A stretch of 64,000 nt of DNA from Gemmatimonadaceae bacterium (GTDB lineage Bacteria; Gemmatimonadota; Gemmatimonadetes; Gemmatimonadales; Gemmatimonadaceae), in NCBI GenBank assembly GCA_040901985.1, contig JBBDYC010000009.1, forward strand, positions 92,364 through 156,363. Reading direction: 5' to 3'. The notes under the pieces are model-generated. The model was not told the DNA's origin. It did not search any database and worked only from the letters and a program-made list of their open reading frames with translations. Of the stretch, positions 62,456-64,000 are shown piece by piece (position 1 is the stretch's first letter; every line of letters starts with the position of its first letter). The translations under genes and the position numbers were made by a program.

Positions 62456-64000
62456 GGCAGGACGGCGGTCGGTTGACGGTAGGTCCGGCGATCGTAGTCC
62501 ATCTTGATCTCGGGCTGGGCCTTCAGCGAGATGAGGAAGGTAAAGGAGAAGTTCCCGTTCGGCGCCTGCGTGACGCCGAAGATCGCCTTCCAGTCGTGGA
62601 GGTCGCGCTGCAGGGTGACCACCTGGCTCGCGAACTGGCTCCGCTCCACGTCGTAGGTCGTGTTCCACCCCGCGCCCCACTTCGGCGTCAGGTTGAAGCT
62701 CGTGCGGATCCCCACCGACGTCGTCGGCGGCACGCGGATGAACGTCCCGCCCGCCGTCCCGTCGCCCTGGCCGCCGTCGGTCGGCCGGTTGCGTTCCGCG
62801 TTGAAGATGCAGAAGTCGTACTGCGGAAGTCCCGCGAGCGCGGCGCACTCCACCGCCGGGTCGTAGTCAATCACGCGTCCCCCGACCGGCGGCCGCTGGC
62901 GCTGCTGGGAGACGCTGAAGTTCGCCGTGAACCCCCGCGCGGTGTTGAGTTCCTGCACGCCCGAGCGCCCGCGCGTGCCGGTCACCGCGCCGATCCCCTG
63001 TTGGCCGGGGATCATTGACGACACGAGGCCGCCGCCCATCGCGTCGGTCTCGTTCGCCCCCGGGCCCTCGGCCGCGACCGTCGCCACCGGCTGCAGCCCG
63101 AGGAGCCGGACAATTCCCCGCACGATCGCCGAGTTGCGATTGAGGTCGAACCCAAACCGCACCGCCTCCCGGTACGGCTTGAAGACCGCGGTGTCGGTCA
63201 GCACGCTCCCCTGGAAGAGCGAATAGTCCACGCCGAGGTCGAACCCGGGGAGGAGCTCGGACCGGAAGGTGTAGCCGGCGCGGTCGGTGGCGAACCCGCT
63301 GCCGCCGATCTGGCGCTTCTTCTCGAAGTCATAGACCAGCGGCGTGAACTGGAGCGAGACGAGGCGCACCTTCCGTCCGCCGCCGCGCGCCGTGTCGTCG
63401 GGGATCCGCAGCTTCGCCTCGAGGCTCGTGTTGAGCCCGAACGTGACGCGGTTCTGCGCCAGCCCGCCGATGTACGACGCCGGCGACTTACCGAGCGCGA
63501 GGAGGTACTCGTCGCTGACGTCCTTGGCCGGCGAGTAGCCCCACGACAGCGTCGGCGACACCGAGTGGCGCATCCGCTCCGCCGGACCGATGCCCGGCAG
63601 GAGCCGGAAGAGCGTCGGGCTGATCCCCAGTCCGTAGGTCACGCGCTTGGACTGCGAGACCCAGGCGCCGTTGGTCCGCTCCGACCGCACGAAGCTGCCG
63701 CTGGGGTCCACGTTCGACAGGCTGACGTAGGGCGCGACGTTCCACCTTCCCTGGGCGAACTGCGGGAGGCCGACGCTGACGTCGAAGTCGGCCGTCGAGA
63801 GGTAGGTCCGCGCATAGACCCGGTCAATGGTCCGCGATGGGTCGGCCGGGTCGGGGACGGTCTTGATCGCCGGGAAGTCCTGGACGACGTCCGTATAGCG
63901 GTAGCTGTTCTGCACCTGGAAGTTGAAGAACTTGAACGGCGTCGAGAGCGTGATGGCGCTGTTCCGCGTGTCGCGCTTGAGGCGCGTCGAGTCGAGACCG
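62452..64000 (-). CDS. Putative LPS-assembly protein LptD, C-terminal barrel (5' end outside the window)
   Basis: Beta-barrel pattern; C-terminal W...Y.......LQRDLHDW...F...NF.F.ISLKA. Confidence 0.65.
   Translation of the reverse strand, partial: GLDSTRLKRDTRNSAITLSTPFKFFNFQVQNSYRYTDVVQDFPAIKTVPDPADPSRTIDRVYARTYLSTADFDVSVGLPQFAQGRWNVAPYVSLSNVDPSGSFVRSERTNGAWVSQSKRVTYGLGISPTLFRLLPGIGPAERMRHSVSPTLSWGYSPAKDVSDEYLLALGKSPASYIGGLAQNRVTFGLNTSLEAKLRIPDDTARGGGRKVRLVSLQFTPLVYDFEKKRQIGGSGFATDRAGYTFRSELLPGFDLGVDYSLFQGSVLTDTAVFKPYREAVRFGFDLNRNSAIVRGIVRLLGLQPVATVAAEGPGANETDAMGGGLVSSMIPGQQGIGAVTGTRGRSGVQELNTARGFTANFSVSQQRQRPPVGGRVIDYDPAVECAALAGLPQYDFCIFNAERNRPTDGGQGDGTAGGTFIRVPPTTSVGIRTSFNLTPKWGAGWNTTYDVERSQFASQVVTLQRDLHDWKAIFGVTQAPNGNFSFTFLISLKAQPEIKMDYDRRTYRQPTAVLP

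Overview
GC-rich bacterial chromosomal window. Gene content and protein style suggest Gemmatimonadota (inference, no database check). The backbone is mostly minus-strand housekeeping genes: wecB, gmhA, alaS, recX, recA, yraN, ftsK, a Ser/Thr kinase, accC-pilT-accB, pepP, hflX, rarA, aroQ, tatA, a polyprenyl synthase, hutI/hutU/hutH and the 3' part of an lptD-like gene. Five accessory features stand out. (1) A 5-kb block (5.0-10.0 kb) holds four Uma2 nuclease paralogues interleaved with toxin-antitoxin modules whose toxins look disabled while the antitoxins are intact. (2) A 5.3-kb island (20.2-25.5 kb) with IS3 and IS91-like scars and amino-acid catabolic cargo is bounded by a 171-bp imperfect direct repeat. 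(3) A fused RHH-antitoxin-nucleotidyltransferase ORF lies next to a hicAB cassette flanked by perfect 33-bp direct repeats, between recX and recA. (4) A Cyc2-like cytochrome-porin three-gene cassette. (5) Seven copies of a ~130-nt nested-hairpin intergenic element with a conserved GTAGCAAGAG...CTCGCAGCGTGTAA core and covarying stems, usually in inverted pairs; two pairs bracket the Cyc2-like cassette. All product calls come from motif recognition by eye.
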